From positions 6,204-38,203 of the forward strand of contig JAGLRQ010000063.1 of the NCBI GenBank assembly GCA_023136205.1: a stretch of DNA of 32,000 nt, in the 5' to 3' direction. Shown here in pieces: positions 16,461-25,080 of this stretch. The position numbers were made by a program, and so were the translations under genes. The notes beneath the pieces were generated by a model, which was not told where the DNA came from, did no database searches, and worked only from the letters and a program-made list of their open reading frames with translations. Origin of the DNA: Candidatus Auribacterota bacterium (lineage in GTDB: Bacteria; Auribacterota; UBA6266). Positions within the stretch are counted from its first letter, which is position 1. Every line of letters starts with the position of its first letter.

Positions 16461-17605
16461 TGGCATTTATACCTGCTCGTGCTGGTAGTAAAGGTATACC
16501 TAATAAGAATATAAGGTTGTTGAATAAGAAACCTCTTATTTATTGGGTAATTGAGGCTGCGTTAGGTTGTAATGGAATTGATGAGGTTTATGTTTCAACA
16601 GATAGTAGTGAAATAGCCGATAAAATTAATTTTTTCCAAGACAATAGACTGCATGTGATTAGTCGTAGTCGGGAAACAGCAACAGACCAAGCGACGACAG
16701 AGAGCGCTATGCTTGAATTTGCCGAACAGTATGAATTTGATAAAATTATATTAATCCAGGCAACGTCGCCACTTTTAGAGTCAAAAGATTTAGAGGGCGC
16801 CTTAATTTCATTGATGAAATCAAAGGCTGATAGTCTGTTGTCCGGGGTTAGACAAAAGCGATTTCTTTGGGAATCGAAAAATGTTTATGCAAATCCTGTT
16901 AATTATGATTATTTATTACGTCCCAGGCGACAAGGTTTTGAAGGTTATTGTGTTGAAAATGGGGCATTGTATATAACTTCAAGAGATCTTTTGCTTAAAA
17001 GTAAATGTAGAATATCGGGTAATATTTTTATGTATGAAATGCCTGAAAATACGTATTATGAGCTTGATGAGTCAGATGACTGGATTGTTGTAGAGCAATT
17101 TTTAAAAAACCGGATTACAAAAGAAAAAGCAAAAAAAAGGAGGGAAATTAAATTGTTGGCAACAGATGTTGATGGTGTATTAACGGATGCAGGTATGTAC
17201 TATGCCAATGATGGTGAAGAGGTGAAGAAGTTTAACACAAAAGATGGAAAAGGAATTGAGCTTTTGCGAAAGAAAGGGGTAATAACTGCTATTATAACAT
17301 CGGAAAATACTAATATTGTTGAGCGACGTGCAAAAAAATTAAAAATAGATGATCTTTATCAAGGTATTAACGATAAGTTGTGTATAATAAAAAAATTAAT
17401 GGAAAAGTACAATATTGAACTTGATGAAATATGTTATATCGGAGATGATCTCAATGATCTTGAAGTGCTTCAAGCTGTGGGGTTTTCATCTTGCCCAAAT
17501 GATGCCGCTGAAGAAGTGAAAAATGTTGTCGATTATATTTGTGCAAAGAAAGGCGGAGATGGTTGTGTAAGAGAGGTATGTGATTATCTTCTCCGGAAAA
17601 ACTAA
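16448..17605 (+). CDS. Fusion of CMP-nonulosonic acid synthetase (NeuA/KdsB-like cytidylyltransferase) and a KdsC-like HAD phosphatase
   Basis: N-terminal IPARAGSKGIPNKNI. C-terminal LLATDVDGVLTD (HAD motif I DxD), ITSENT (motif II) and GDDLNDLEV (motif IV). Confidence 0.8.
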   Translation: MGKIVAFIPARAGSKGIPNKNIRLLNKKPLIYWVIEAALGCNGIDEVYVSTDSSEIADKINFFQDNRLHVISRSRETATDQATTESAMLEFAEQYEFDKIILIQATSPLLESKDLEGALISLMKSKADSLLSGVRQKRFLWESKNVYANPVNYDYLLRPRRQGFEGYCVENGALYITSRDLLLKSKCRISGNIFMYEMPENTYYELDESDDWIVVEQFLKNRITKEKAKKRREIKLLATDVDGVLTDAGMYYANDGEEVKKFNTKDGKGIELLRKKGVITAIITSENTNIVERRAKKLKIDDLYQGINDKLCIIKKLMEKYNIELDEICYIGDDLNDLEVLQAVGFSSCPNDAAEEVKNVVDYICAKKGGDGCVREVCDYLLRKN

Positions 17606-17608
17606 GAA

Positions 17609-18817
17609 ATGAGAACGATTTTTTTCTATGTTAAACACATTTCAATGTTGAAGAGTTGGGTTAATCCGATAGCCTTTTTTTTGAAGAAAAAAGGGTACAA
17701 TCTTGTTGTGCTTCATGTTACGAATCTTAATCGTGAAATTGCATCTGTTGGTACAAATATTACAAAAGACTATGAGTTGATAGATATTAGTTATAAGAGT
17801 TCAAAAGCTATCCTGAGAATATTTCAAGAGCATAAACCTATTGGAATGATTGTGCTTACCTTTAGGTCTTTATTTGATCTATTAATAAACAGAATAGCAC
17901 AGCAGTGTAATGTGAAAACATTATATTTAGAGCATGGGTTTTTCGCTGATATTACTGCTTTACGCTTTGGGATGGCCAATAAAAAAGCAAGTATTAGGAG
18001 ATATTTGCACTTTATCGGAAAATATGTATATTTCATTTTTTTTATTGCTCGAAATATTTTTTTTGAATTGCATATTATATATAGAGCAATGAAGAGAAAC
18101 GACTACTCTAAGACACAATACGATTATGCGCTTTTTTATGCCAACTATGGGTTTCAAAAGACAAATAAATTGTTTAAATATGACTCAAAGAAGGTGTTTT
18201 TTTCAGGTTATCCAACAACGAAAAATAAAAGTGATATTAATTGTTTTAAAAAGAATTTGTGTGTGAGTCAACCAAATATAAAGAAAAAAATATTATTTAT
18301 TCAGCAACCTTTGCTATTGGATAAGTTATCAAATATTAGTTATGCGGAAGAAGCTCAGTACTTGAGGAAAATTGCTAATATTTCTGCAGAAGCAGGATAT
18401 GAGTTTGTTTTTCAGGTACATCCTAGAGAAAATTCAGATAGGTATGCAGCTGTTTTTAAAGAGTGTGATGGGATTGTTGTAAAAAGCAGTTCTGTTGAAA
18501 AATCAGTTGCTGAAAGTGAAATTGTTTTAGGGCATTTTAGTACCGCTTTATTTTTTGGCGTTGTATTATCTAAGCCAATAATACTTTTATATTATCCAGG
18601 ATTAGATGGGCAGTATTTAGACTACTTTAAAATGGTTGGAGTTAAAGCAAGTAATATTAAAGAATTAAGTCAAATTTTGTCTAATCCGAGTATTTATTTT
18701 AATAAGTCTCAAGAATATGAAGAATTTATCAAAGAATATATAGGGCAAAATAATAGCTTTGAAAATCAGGCACAAATTATTGATGAGATAGTCTGTTGTT
18801 CAACGATTCGCAAATAA
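17609..18817 (+). CDS. Hypothetical GT-B-like protein, possible nonulosonic acid (sialyl/Kdn) transferase
   Basis: No confident family match. FVFQVHPREN (HP motif) followed by GHFSTALF resembles motifs described for bacterial sialyltransferases and TagF-like enzymes. Lies immediately downstream of the CMP-sugar synthetase. Confidence 0.35.
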   Translation: MRTIFFYVKHISMLKSWVNPIAFFLKKKGYNLVVLHVTNLNREIASVGTNITKDYELIDISYKSSKAILRIFQEHKPIGMIVLTFRSLFDLLINRIAQQCNVKTLYLEHGFFADITALRFGMANKKASIRRYLHFIGKYVYFIFFIARNIFFELHIIYRAMKRNDYSKTQYDYALFYANYGFQKTNKLFKYDSKKVFFSGYPTTKNKSDINCFKKNLCVSQPNIKKKILFIQQPLLLDKLSNISYAEEAQYLRKIANISAEAGYEFVFQVHPRENSDRYAAVFKECDGIVVKSSSVEKSVAESEIVLGHFSTALFFGVVLSKPIILLYYPGLDGQYLDYFKMVGVKASNIKELSQILSNPSIYFNKSQEYEEFIKEYIGQNNSFENQAQIIDEIVCCSTIRK

Positions 18818-18895
18818 ACGAATCTTTTTTTCCATCAATTGGCAAGTATTAATATTTGTGCTTGTTTTGTTTTTCTATGTAGGGGGGAATGTGAA

Positions 18896-19873
18896 ATGAA
18901 TGTTCTTGTTACCGGTGGAGCCGGAATGATAGGCTCAAATTTAGTTAAAAGGCTTGTTAGCCTTGGATATAACGTTAGGGTTGTTGATAATTTATGGAGA
19001 GGGAAATTAGAGTATCTAAATGGCGAAGATGGAAATCCTATTATAGATTTAGATAAAGATTTTTATAATAGGGATTTATCTATTCCTAATTGTTGCGATA
19101 ATTTATTTGAAAATGTTGATTATGTTTTTCATCTTGCCGATATTGTTGCCGGTATTGGATATGTTTTTAATAACCAGGGGAGCATATTTCGTCAAAATAT
19201 GCTTATAAACTCAAATGTAATTAATGCTGTTCGCAACTATCCTATCAAAGGGCTTATTTATGTTGGCACAGCGTGTAGTTTCCCTGCTAAGCTGCAATCA
19301 GGTGTTGAAGCGCGTCCGCTTAAAGAAGAAGATCAATATCCTGCTGCGCCTGAATCTGCCTACGGGTGGAGCAAGTTAATGGGAGAGTATGAGGCGCTTT
19401 TAATGGAACAGGAAACACATATCCCTGTTTCAATTCTTGTGCTCCATAATGTTTATGGTACCCCTTGCGATTATGGGAAAGAGAAAAGTCAGGTTATTCC
19501 TTCGCTTGTACGGAAAGCAATCCGCTGTCCGGAAGAACCCTTTATTGTGTGGGGAAGCGGAGAACAGGGCAGAGCGTTTGTTCATGTGGATGACGTGGTT
19601 GATGCCCTAATTTTAACGATGCAAAAAGGGTTAGGGCGTGGAGTTATTCAAATCGGGCCGGATGTTTGCACTTCTATCAAAACGATAGCTGAAACCATTG
19701 TTGAAATTTCTGGAAAAAACATTGATATTATATATGATACGAGTAAGCCTGAAGGAGATAAAGGGCGTTGCGCGGATTACGGCAAAGCCAGGGATATTTT
19801 AGGATGGAGCCCAAAAGTTGAATTTCGAGTTGGGCTGGAAAGGTTATACAATTGGATTGAAAAGCGAATGTAA
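18896..19873 (+). CDS. NAD-dependent sugar-nucleotide epimerase/dehydratase (extended SDR)
   Basis: VLVTGGAGMIGSNL Rossmann motif and YGWSKLMGE (YxxxK). ATG 18896 preceded by AGGGGGG. Confidence 0.8.
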   Translation: MNVLVTGGAGMIGSNLVKRLVSLGYNVRVVDNLWRGKLEYLNGEDGNPIIDLDKDFYNRDLSIPNCCDNLFENVDYVFHLADIVAGIGYVFNNQGSIFRQNMLINSNVINAVRNYPIKGLIYVGTACSFPAKLQSGVEARPLKEEDQYPAAPESAYGWSKLMGEYEALLMEQETHIPVSILVLHNVYGTPCDYGKEKSQVIPSLVRKAIRCPEEPFIVWGSGEQGRAFVHVDDVVDALILTMQKGLGRGVIQIGPDVCTSIKTIAETIVEISGKNIDIIYDTSKPEGDKGRCADYGKARDILGWSPKVEFRVGLERLYNWIEKRM

Positions 19874-19878
19874 AAATT

Positions 19879-20694
19879 ATGGCTCAAAATAGAAAGTTCA
19901 AAAGTTTTAATTTTTTAGGAGTAGATGTTTGCGCTCTTACTTATGGTGATCTATTTAAGTCAGTTGATACATGGCTAAAAGATAAAGAATCAAGGTCTCA
20001 CCATATATCTATAATTAATGCCTACTGCTCGACGTTGGCTTTTAAAAATCTTAGACTTGCGGAAATATATAACAAAGCGGATTTAATTGGTCCGGACGGT
20101 ATGCCGTTTGTTTATTGGTTAAAGTTGTTCCTGGGAAAGCCATGTGATCAGTTTGATGCTTCCAGTATACTTATTAAACTCGCTGAAAAAGCGAAAAAAA
20201 CGAATTATACATTTTATCTTTATGGCGGATATCCTGTAGTTTTGGAGAATATGAAGAAAAATATAGAAACCCAATATCCCTATATTAAAATTGTAGGATG
20301 TATGTCGCCCCCTTTTCGGGTATTGACGGAGGGCGAAGACAGAAAAATATGTGAAGAAATCAACAGATTAAAACCGGATATTATTTGCGTAGGGCTGGGA
20401 ACCCCGAAACAAGATTATTGGATCAATGAGCATATTACGAAGATAAAAGGATCTGTAATGGTTCCCTGTGGTGCGATATTTGATTTTTTTGGCGGTAGGA
20501 TAAAGCGCGCGCCTGGTTTTATAAGTAAAATGGGGATAGAATGGCTGTATCGGTTATTTAGCAAAGATTTTAAAAGATTATGGTATCGATATACAGTGCT
20601 GAATATCGTTTTTTTGTGGAATTTTTTTCTTCAATTGAGCGGGATTAAAAGAATTAAGGAAAAAACTAAAAAGGTAGATAAGGGTGGCCTGTAG
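19879..20694 (+). CDS. WecB/TagA/CpsF-family (GT26) glycosyltransferase
   Basis: INAY...PDGMPFVYW...YLYGG...GLGTPKQDYWI...CGAIFDFFGG...RAP...GIEWLYRL is the typical GT26 pattern. Confidence 0.8.
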   Translation: MAQNRKFKSFNFLGVDVCALTYGDLFKSVDTWLKDKESRSHHISIINAYCSTLAFKNLRLAEIYNKADLIGPDGMPFVYWLKLFLGKPCDQFDASSILIKLAEKAKKTNYTFYLYGGYPVVLENMKKNIETQYPYIKIVGCMSPPFRVLTEGEDRKICEEINRLKPDIICVGLGTPKQDYWINEHITKIKGSVMVPCGAIFDFFGGRIKRAPGFISKMGIEWLYRLFSKDFKRLWYRYTVLNIVFLWNFFLQLSGIKRIKEKTKKVDKGGL

Positions 20695-20704
20695 TTCATT
20701 GCGA

Positions 20705-23116
20705 TTATTGAAAGTTGATTTCAAACCAGGGTGTGTTTGAGTTTTTTGTAGAGAATGTAAGTGTGTTACCCTCTATGTGAGTTTCTATTTGTCTGCTTTT
20801 ATTTCCTTGTTGATCAATTTCATAAATTTTGCAGTTTTTATTTACAAGCAAAGAGATCGTTATGTCCATCTTTTTTAGCAGTATTGGATTTTTCCCCCAA
20901 TTAAACCTTTCGTTTTTCCAGCCACTGTCTTTGTTTTTTATTTCACTTATGGTAATAACAATTAGTTGTTTTGATTTCTGGATGAGTTTGTTTTCGGGAG
21001 AATATAAAAAGACAGCACCGTCTTGTTTGGAAGTTATGGTAATAGGTCCCAACCGGTAGGTTTTATTTTTAATGAAGCCGCTTACCCCTTTTATTTGAGG
21101 AGAAGTAAGTTTAAAAACACTGTTTTTAACAGATGTTTCTGATTGTGCGTTATGAAAAATAAGGCTGCCAACTGAATAAAGGATTAATTGTTGTGGGTTG
21201 GCGATAATGTCAAAATATCTTTGAATATCATCAAATTTAGGATTAAATTTCCAACCATGGCTGTAAGAATATTGGAATAGGCCATCCCAGTTGTTTTCTG
21301 CGGCATAGGTAGCAACAAGAGCAGGAGTTTCGTAGGCATATTGGTTGGGGTAGCAATGGTTCCATTCGGTGATTGTATAGGGCTGTGAGTTGTGACCTAT
21401 GAGTTGTGGGCTTCTTCGCAAAATGTTTCCAATTATTCCTAAGTTCTTGTCTTTAATTATTGATTTATTGTGGATTCTAAAGTCATTTCTATCCCAGCGT
21501 TTGTTAGGAAATCGAGGATGATCCCAGTAAGCGTGGGTATCAATAAAATCACAAGCTTCTTGTGTTGATATGTCTGCTGGCCTTGTATATCCACCAATAC
21601 CGGTAATGGGAATTTTTACGTTAAGAGTGCTCTTTAAATAATTTGTCATATCATCAATGTAGTGTTTTTGAAGGCTAATATAAAATAATTCAATATCTTT
21701 GGTTCTTTTTTTTGAATATATGAATTTTTGTGTATAAGATGGGCGGATAAAGTTAAATTTAGTAAGTTTTTTTTCCTCTTTGGTAATGCCGATTGCTGAT
21801 TTTTTTCTAAGTTGTATCTTTTCTAAAAAGATATTTCCTTTTGTTTTTCCCAGAGCAAAGGTAAAGCGGCTCTTTTGAAAATTTTGGTTAGATCTAAAAA
21901 AGAATTGAAACTTTTTCCATTCATCAGTCAATATAATTTCTTCGGCAAATCCTAAATTTTTATAAGGTAAGACATTTTGAATAATCCAAAGCGCGGCTTC
22001 AGCTTTTTGATTAGTTTTTGCTTTAAAACTGATTTCATATAGTGCATCTTTTTCTAAGGGGAAATTTATTTGTTTAAATTGAAGATGCCAGCGAAGATCA
22101 GAGTTTGTTGGTATCTGAAGATGAAAGACATTTTCAGACTTCACAGCAGAAAACTCTGTATCCTGGTGTTTTTCTAAGATCCACGAATTTAAATCATCGG
22201 AATTCTTAAGAAGGTTTTCGCGGGAGATAATTTCTTTGATTTGTATTTTCCATTCTTCTTTTATTTGCTCAATAGTTTTATACTTTTCTTTTAACCATTG
22301 ATTCCATTTTTTATCCAACATTTTTAAATAATATACAGGTAAGGACTTTTCATTCCCATAATCCAAAATCCCCTTTTTCCATGATTGAATTATAGAATTT
22401 TCATTGGTAACTTCTATCAAAGCAATTGCAGGATCATCGCAATATCTTAATTTTGTATAAGGATTGTAATGGGTTAGCAAGTCCTTGGCGTATTTTTTTT
22501 GAAGCTCTATTAATTTGGGATCAAACATTGACACAGGTTTTGTGGACATTCCAAAGCTTTTAGCATCTATCAGTCCGTCAGCTTCGGTAAAATGCCTTGA
22601 AACAAGCAGGTTCATGTCTATATAAATACCTTGTTGTTTTAATTGATAGATTAGATAATCGAGCCTGTCTAATTGGTTTTCGCTTAAATGTCCGGTTTCT
22701 TTCAGTTGGGGGTTTTTGTAAGCAGGGCAGATATCTTCAAATATGCCCCGTGGTTCAAAAGCGGAATCCATATGATGAAAACGGACAGCGTTAAAGCCGA
22801 AAAAGGCAAGGCGTTCAGCCATCAGTTCTGCCTGTTTTTTAGATGGGAAGCAGGCGTTGAAAGTGAGATTTGTTCCCCAGAATCTGGCTCGTGTACCGTC
22901 CTCAAAATAAAAATGGCTGTCTTTAACCGTAACAAAGCCATGTTTGCCGGCAGGTCGATCCAGAACGAGTTTACCTATATTAGCTGGAGAGTTAGGGCCT
23001 AATTTTTCTGAAAGGACAAAAGGAAACCACTCAGCGTTATCATTTTGTTCGCATTTAGATACTGATGGAATGAAAAAGAGGAGTAATAGGATAAAAAGTA
23101 AGCGGTTGATTTTCAT
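20705..23116 (-). CDS. Secreted clan GH-A (GH5-like) glycoside hydrolase with an inserted CBM4/9-like module
   Basis: Signal peptide MKINRLLFILLLLFFIPSVSKC. RFWGTNL...FNAVRFHH. Candidate acid/base in EVTNEN (E239) and nucleophile in TITEWNH (E584). CBM-like segment at aa ~300-436 (WHLQF...YEISFKAK...DEWKKFQFFF...IFLEKIQL). Confidence 0.65.
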   Translation of the reverse strand: MKINRLLFILLLLFFIPSVSKCEQNDNAEWFPFVLSEKLGPNSPANIGKLVLDRPAGKHGFVTVKDSHFYFEDGTRARFWGTNLTFNACFPSKKQAELMAERLAFFGFNAVRFHHMDSAFEPRGIFEDICPAYKNPQLKETGHLSENQLDRLDYLIYQLKQQGIYIDMNLLVSRHFTEADGLIDAKSFGMSTKPVSMFDPKLIELQKKYAKDLLTHYNPYTKLRYCDDPAIALIEVTNENSIIQSWKKGILDYGNEKSLPVYYLKMLDKKWNQWLKEKYKTIEQIKEEWKIQIKEIISRENLLKNSDDLNSWILEKHQDTEFSAVKSENVFHLQIPTNSDLRWHLQFKQINFPLEKDALYEISFKAKTNQKAEAALWIIQNVLPYKNLGFAEEIILTDEWKKFQFFFRSNQNFQKSRFTFALGKTKGNIFLEKIQLRKKSAIGITKEEKKLTKFNFIRPSYTQKFIYSKKRTKDIELFYISLQKHYIDDMTNYLKSTLNVKIPITGIGGYTRPADISTQEACDFIDTHAYWDHPRFPNKRWDRNDFRIHNKSIIKDKNLGIIGNILRRSPQLIGHNSQPYTITEWNHCYPNQYAYETPALVATYAAENNWDGLFQYSYSHGWKFNPKFDDIQRYFDIIANPQQLILYSVGSLIFHNAQSETSVKNSVFKLTSPQIKGVSGFIKNKTYRLGPITITSKQDGAVFLYSPENKLIQKSKQLIVITISEIKNKDSGWKNERFNWGKNPILLKKMDITISLLVNKNCKIYEIDQQGNKSRQIETHIEGNTLTFSTKNSNTPWFEINFQ

Positions 23117-23190
23117 TATATTTTACTATAACATACACAATATTATTATGCCATGAATTGATATCAACATTAATTTTCAGAGAAGTGGAT

Positions 23191-24081
23191 ATGAATTTCA
23201 AAGAGACAATTAAAAATATGAGGAAGGTTAATCGATTTGACTGGGTGCTTTTTTTAGCTATGGTAATAATGTTTTCTCGTGTGTTTTACCGTTTAGCTGC
23301 TATAGGATGGAAAACCGCTGATTATACCCACGCTTATTTTATTTTACCGATTTCACTCTGGTTTATCTTTAAGAAGAGAAATGCATTAGTTAAAGCTGAA
23401 GGGGTTAGTAAAAGTGGCGCAACCCTTTTTATTTTAGGAGTTGCATCATATCTTTTTGCCGCGCTTAATGAATTTATGTTTTTAGAAGGGTTTTCTTTTG
23501 TTCTTATGATGTGGGCAGTATTTAGATTAAGATTCACAAAAGAGTCTTTCCAGAAAATATTATTTCCTCTTGCTTATCTCTTGTTTCTTGTTCCGCCGCC
23601 CTCACTTGCCATTGATACAGTAACACTTCCTTTAAAGAAAATAAGCACTTACGGAAGTTATTTTTTATTTAAACTGTTCCGGTTTTCGGTTGAAGTTCAT
23701 GGAGCTATATTAAAAGTAGGAGAACATGAGCTTTTTATAGCTGATGCCTGCAGTGGTTTCCGTTCAATGGTAACTTTGCTTGCCCTAGGTGCAGTATATG
23801 CCTATGTTCAGAATACGTCTTTGTTGAAAAAATGGATAATCTTTCTTTCCGTTATCCCCTTGGGAATTATGGGCAATATTTTAAGAATTACTATTACAGG
23901 CTGTCTTTCTTATTTTTGCGATCCTAAATACGCGGAAGGATTTTTCCACAATTTTTCAGGAATGGTGCTTTTTGTTTTCACGACAATAGGGCTTATGATA
24001 CTAACTGAATTAATTTGCAAAAAACAGCCGCCGAATACACCGAAAGATATCGAGAAAAGAGTAAAAACTACAAATAAATAG
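23191..24081 (+). CDS. Exosortase (EpsH/Xrt family), short form
   Basis: Polytopic. ADACSGFRSM (catalytic Cys), GNILRI (Arg) and FFHNFSG (His) conserved. Next to PEP-CTERM genes and EpsI. ATG 23191 preferred to TTG 23158. Confidence 0.85.
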   Translation: MNFKETIKNMRKVNRFDWVLFLAMVIMFSRVFYRLAAIGWKTADYTHAYFILPISLWFIFKKRNALVKAEGVSKSGATLFILGVASYLFAALNEFMFLEGFSFVLMMWAVFRLRFTKESFQKILFPLAYLLFLVPPPSLAIDTVTLPLKKISTYGSYFLFKLFRFSVEVHGAILKVGEHELFIADACSGFRSMVTLLALGAVYAYVQNTSLLKKWIIFLSVIPLGIMGNILRITITGCLSYFCDPKYAEGFFHNFSGMVLFVFTTIGLMILTELICKKQPPNTPKDIEKRVKTTNK

Positions 24082-24129
24082 TGATAATAGGGACAGATCA
24101 GATTTATTGGCGCGCAAAGATAATTTATG

Positions 24130-24187
24130 ACCTGTAATTAATAAACAGGTCTTTCCTGTTGACAAAGTTGTATCTAATAAATAAAAT
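24130..24187 (+). promoter_or_regulatory. Candidate promoter TTGACA-N17-TAAAAT with upstream hairpin/palindrome ACCTGT-N9-ACAGGT
   Basis: TTGACA 24159-24164, TAAAAT 24182-24187, palindrome 24130-24150, 40-nt leader with AGAGGA RBS before ATG 24228. Duplicated at 27104-27161, where the -10 reads TCAAAT. Confidence 0.45.
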
Positions 24188-24227
24188 TAATTTTTTAAAA
24201 CTAACTTTTAAAAGAGGATGGGGTATT

Positions 24228-24788
24228 ATGAAAAGCATTAAATGGGCTATGGTTTTACTTACAGTATTAGTTTTGAGTACTCCTAATGCTAATGCGGGTA
24301 CATACAGTGATAGAGTAAATTTTACCCCTGGTACATATCTTGGCTGGCCTGCTCCTTGGGAACATACTATATCAGAAATTCCGTCGGGTGAAGTTGTGGT
24401 TTCAGCAAATATTGAATTGGAAGCAAAAGTTTGGGATTGGGGCTCCGCGTACGGAGGGTTTCCTTTGCTTGCCAGTGACTCGAATGTTTTTGTTTTGAAT
24501 AATGAGCATGGCGTTTCAGCGTTAACTACATGGACACATCCAAGCTCGAGCTCTTTTTACACCATTACTGCCGCTTTAAAGCCTAATCAAGTCGATTGGC
24601 TGGCCAATGATAACAATATACATTTTGAAGTGTATCCGTGGAATGGTGCTTATTATTTAGATCACGCAACTTTAAACGTAATAACAACCCCCGAACCCAT
24701 ATCGATGGTACTATTTCCTGTCGGCGCCGCTGTTTTGGGATTTTTCAAAAGAAGAAAAATCAAAGAGAAATTTTTTAGGAAGAAATAA
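24228..24788 (+). CDS. PEP-CTERM sorting-signal protein (copy 1 of duplicated gene)
   Basis: Signal peptide ...STPNANA-G. C-terminal TTPEPISMVLFPVGAAVLGFFKRRK is PEP, TM helix and basic tail. ~96% aa identity to 27204-27767. Confidence 0.85.
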   Translation: MKSIKWAMVLLTVLVLSTPNANAGTYSDRVNFTPGTYLGWPAPWEHTISEIPSGEVVVSANIELEAKVWDWGSAYGGFPLLASDSNVFVLNNEHGVSALTTWTHPSSSSFYTITAALKPNQVDWLANDNNIHFEVYPWNGAYYLDHATLNVITTPEPISMVLFPVGAAVLGFFKRRKIKEKFFRKK

Positions 24789-24906
24789 CCTGATTTACAT
24801 CTTGCCGCGGCCGGTTTACTTCTGGAAATGGTTTGATCAAAACTGTCTTCTTATGGTGTTGGGCGAATACAGGCCCTTTTAAAATAACGGGGCAATAGAG
24901 ATTGTG

Positions 24907-24966
24907 AGCCGCCAAATACACCGAAAGACACCGAGAAAAGAGTAAAAACTACAAATAAATAGTATT
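24907..24966. repeat. Duplicate of the exosortase gene 3' end (direct repeat of 24027-24086)
   Basis: agccgccaaatacaccgaaagacaccgagaaaagagtaaaaactacaaataaatagt versus agccgccgaatacaccgaaagatatcgagaaaagagtaaaaactacaaataaatagt, about 4 mismatches in ~57-60 nt. An in-frame stop lies just upstream of the duplicate. Confidence 0.9.
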
Positions 24967-24990
24967 AAATATTTTCAAAAAATATAATAA

Positions 24991-25078
24991 TTTTTCGGTG
25001 CAATTCGGTGTATTCGGTGGCTAAAAGAAGGTTTGTATCTGTATCAGTGCAATTTAGCATATTCGGCGGCTAAAAAAA
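24991..25078. repeat. E-type direct repeat, left copy (TTCGGTG(T/C)A(A)TTCGG(T/C)G words + GGCTAAAA + TTGTATCTGTATC)
   Basis: Aligns with 25461-25533 (tttttcggtg[c/t]aattcgg[t/c]gtattcgg[t/a]ggctaaaa..gtttgtatctgtatc[a/g]gt..). Confidence 0.9.
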
Positions 25079-25080
25079 CA

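Noticed and set aside
20694-20705. Expected terminator between the convergent EPS operon end and the GH gene end
   Set aside because: Only ~10 nt separate the two stop codons and I could find no hairpin. Termination signals, if any, must lie inside the opposing coding regions, so none is annotated.
24159-24227. N-terminal extensions from TTG/ATG starts in the ORF track (24159, 25033, 25501, 27796, 28429, 5186, 6217, 18839, 23158, 4042)
   Set aside because: Each extension runs through promoter or repeat sequence. Several TTG codons are actually the TTGACA -35 hexamers. An internal ATG with a good Shine-Dalgarno and a proper signal peptide or conserved N-terminus exists in every case.
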